NCBI GenBank assembly: GCA_035221665.1
Contig: CM069155.1
Location: 30,380,001 to 30,444,000 of the forward strand
Source of the DNA: Okamejei kenojei
Lineage: Eukaryota
Reading direction: 5' to 3'
DNA length: 64,000 bases
Shown: piece by piece, positions 63,497 through 64,000 of the stretch
How positions within the stretch are numbered: the first letter of the stretch is position 1
Layout of the letters: the number at the start of each line of letters is the position of its first letter
Translations under genes and position numbers: made by a program
Notes under the pieces: generated by a model
What the model was told of the DNA's origin: nothing
The model's database searches: none
The model's input: only the letters and a program-made list of their open reading frames with translations

Positions 63497-64000
63497 TTTT
63501 TTAAATAATTTATTTATTAGAAGTAAGTACATTACACTTTAATGGTACCTTTTTACAGGTTCCCAGAGTTATTAAAACATTATTTGTACAACTTCCTTTA
63601 AAAAAAAAATTTTAGAAGAAATGAGAATGAAAGAAGTAGTGAAGAGTAAAGAATACTCGAGTGAGTGTAGAGTGAAGAAAGAAATAAGTGAGAAAGTAAA
63701 GCAGAAAGGAGATTCTCCCACGCAACAAGTCGATGTTTTTTTTAAATATTCTTAATCATTTTTCAGTCAAACCCAGAATGTTTAATTTTATGATGATGTT
63801 ACACCGCATGATTCTACAAGGTCAATGAATGGAGACCACCTAGTTAAGAATTGGTCTTTTTTTCTATTAGGAGGAGTCTCATTTCTTCCAAATGGGCCGT
63901 TTCCAACATAGTACCAATCCACATTTTGAGTGTTGGTATAGTAGCCTTTTCCAGAATTTGAGTATGAGTTTTTTCGCTATTATTAAACCATAATTAAAAA
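63497..64000 (-). mobile_element. L1/Tx1-clade LINE 3' end, running off the window
   Basis: Minus strand encodes ..KMWIGTMLETAHLEEMR..RWSPFIDL, homologous to the 32101-32625 C-terminus; T-rich tail at about 63497. Confidence 0.75.

Overview
Eukaryotic, repeat-rich vertebrate DNA. The immunoglobulin genes and repeat families point to a cartilaginous fish, probably a skate or ray (inferred). Left to right: the last two coding exons of SEPTIN5 (+, 2517-3580); a single-exon GP1BB CDS (+, 15000-15557); and two complete minus-strand immunoglobulin light-chain clusters of the chondrichthyan type II (lambda) class (24110-27438 and 42593-45763). Each cluster has a leader exon, a germline-joined V-J exon with no RSS, a C exon, and an octamer promoter; motif spacing is identical in the two promoters. 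Paralogous flanking sequence at 53.9-63.5 kb predicts a third cluster just beyond the window. The rest is mostly transposable elements: many CR1 LINE copies, HE1-like SINEs, Rex1- and L1-type fragments, hAT-like, Harbinger-like and other TIR elements, Penelope-like repeats with minimal hammerhead-ribozyme cores, and a DIRS-type tyrosine-recombinase retrotransposon (55050-60043) with complete termini but decayed ORFs. Repeat boundaries were set by eye and are approximate. No rRNA, tRNA gene or CRISPR array was found.
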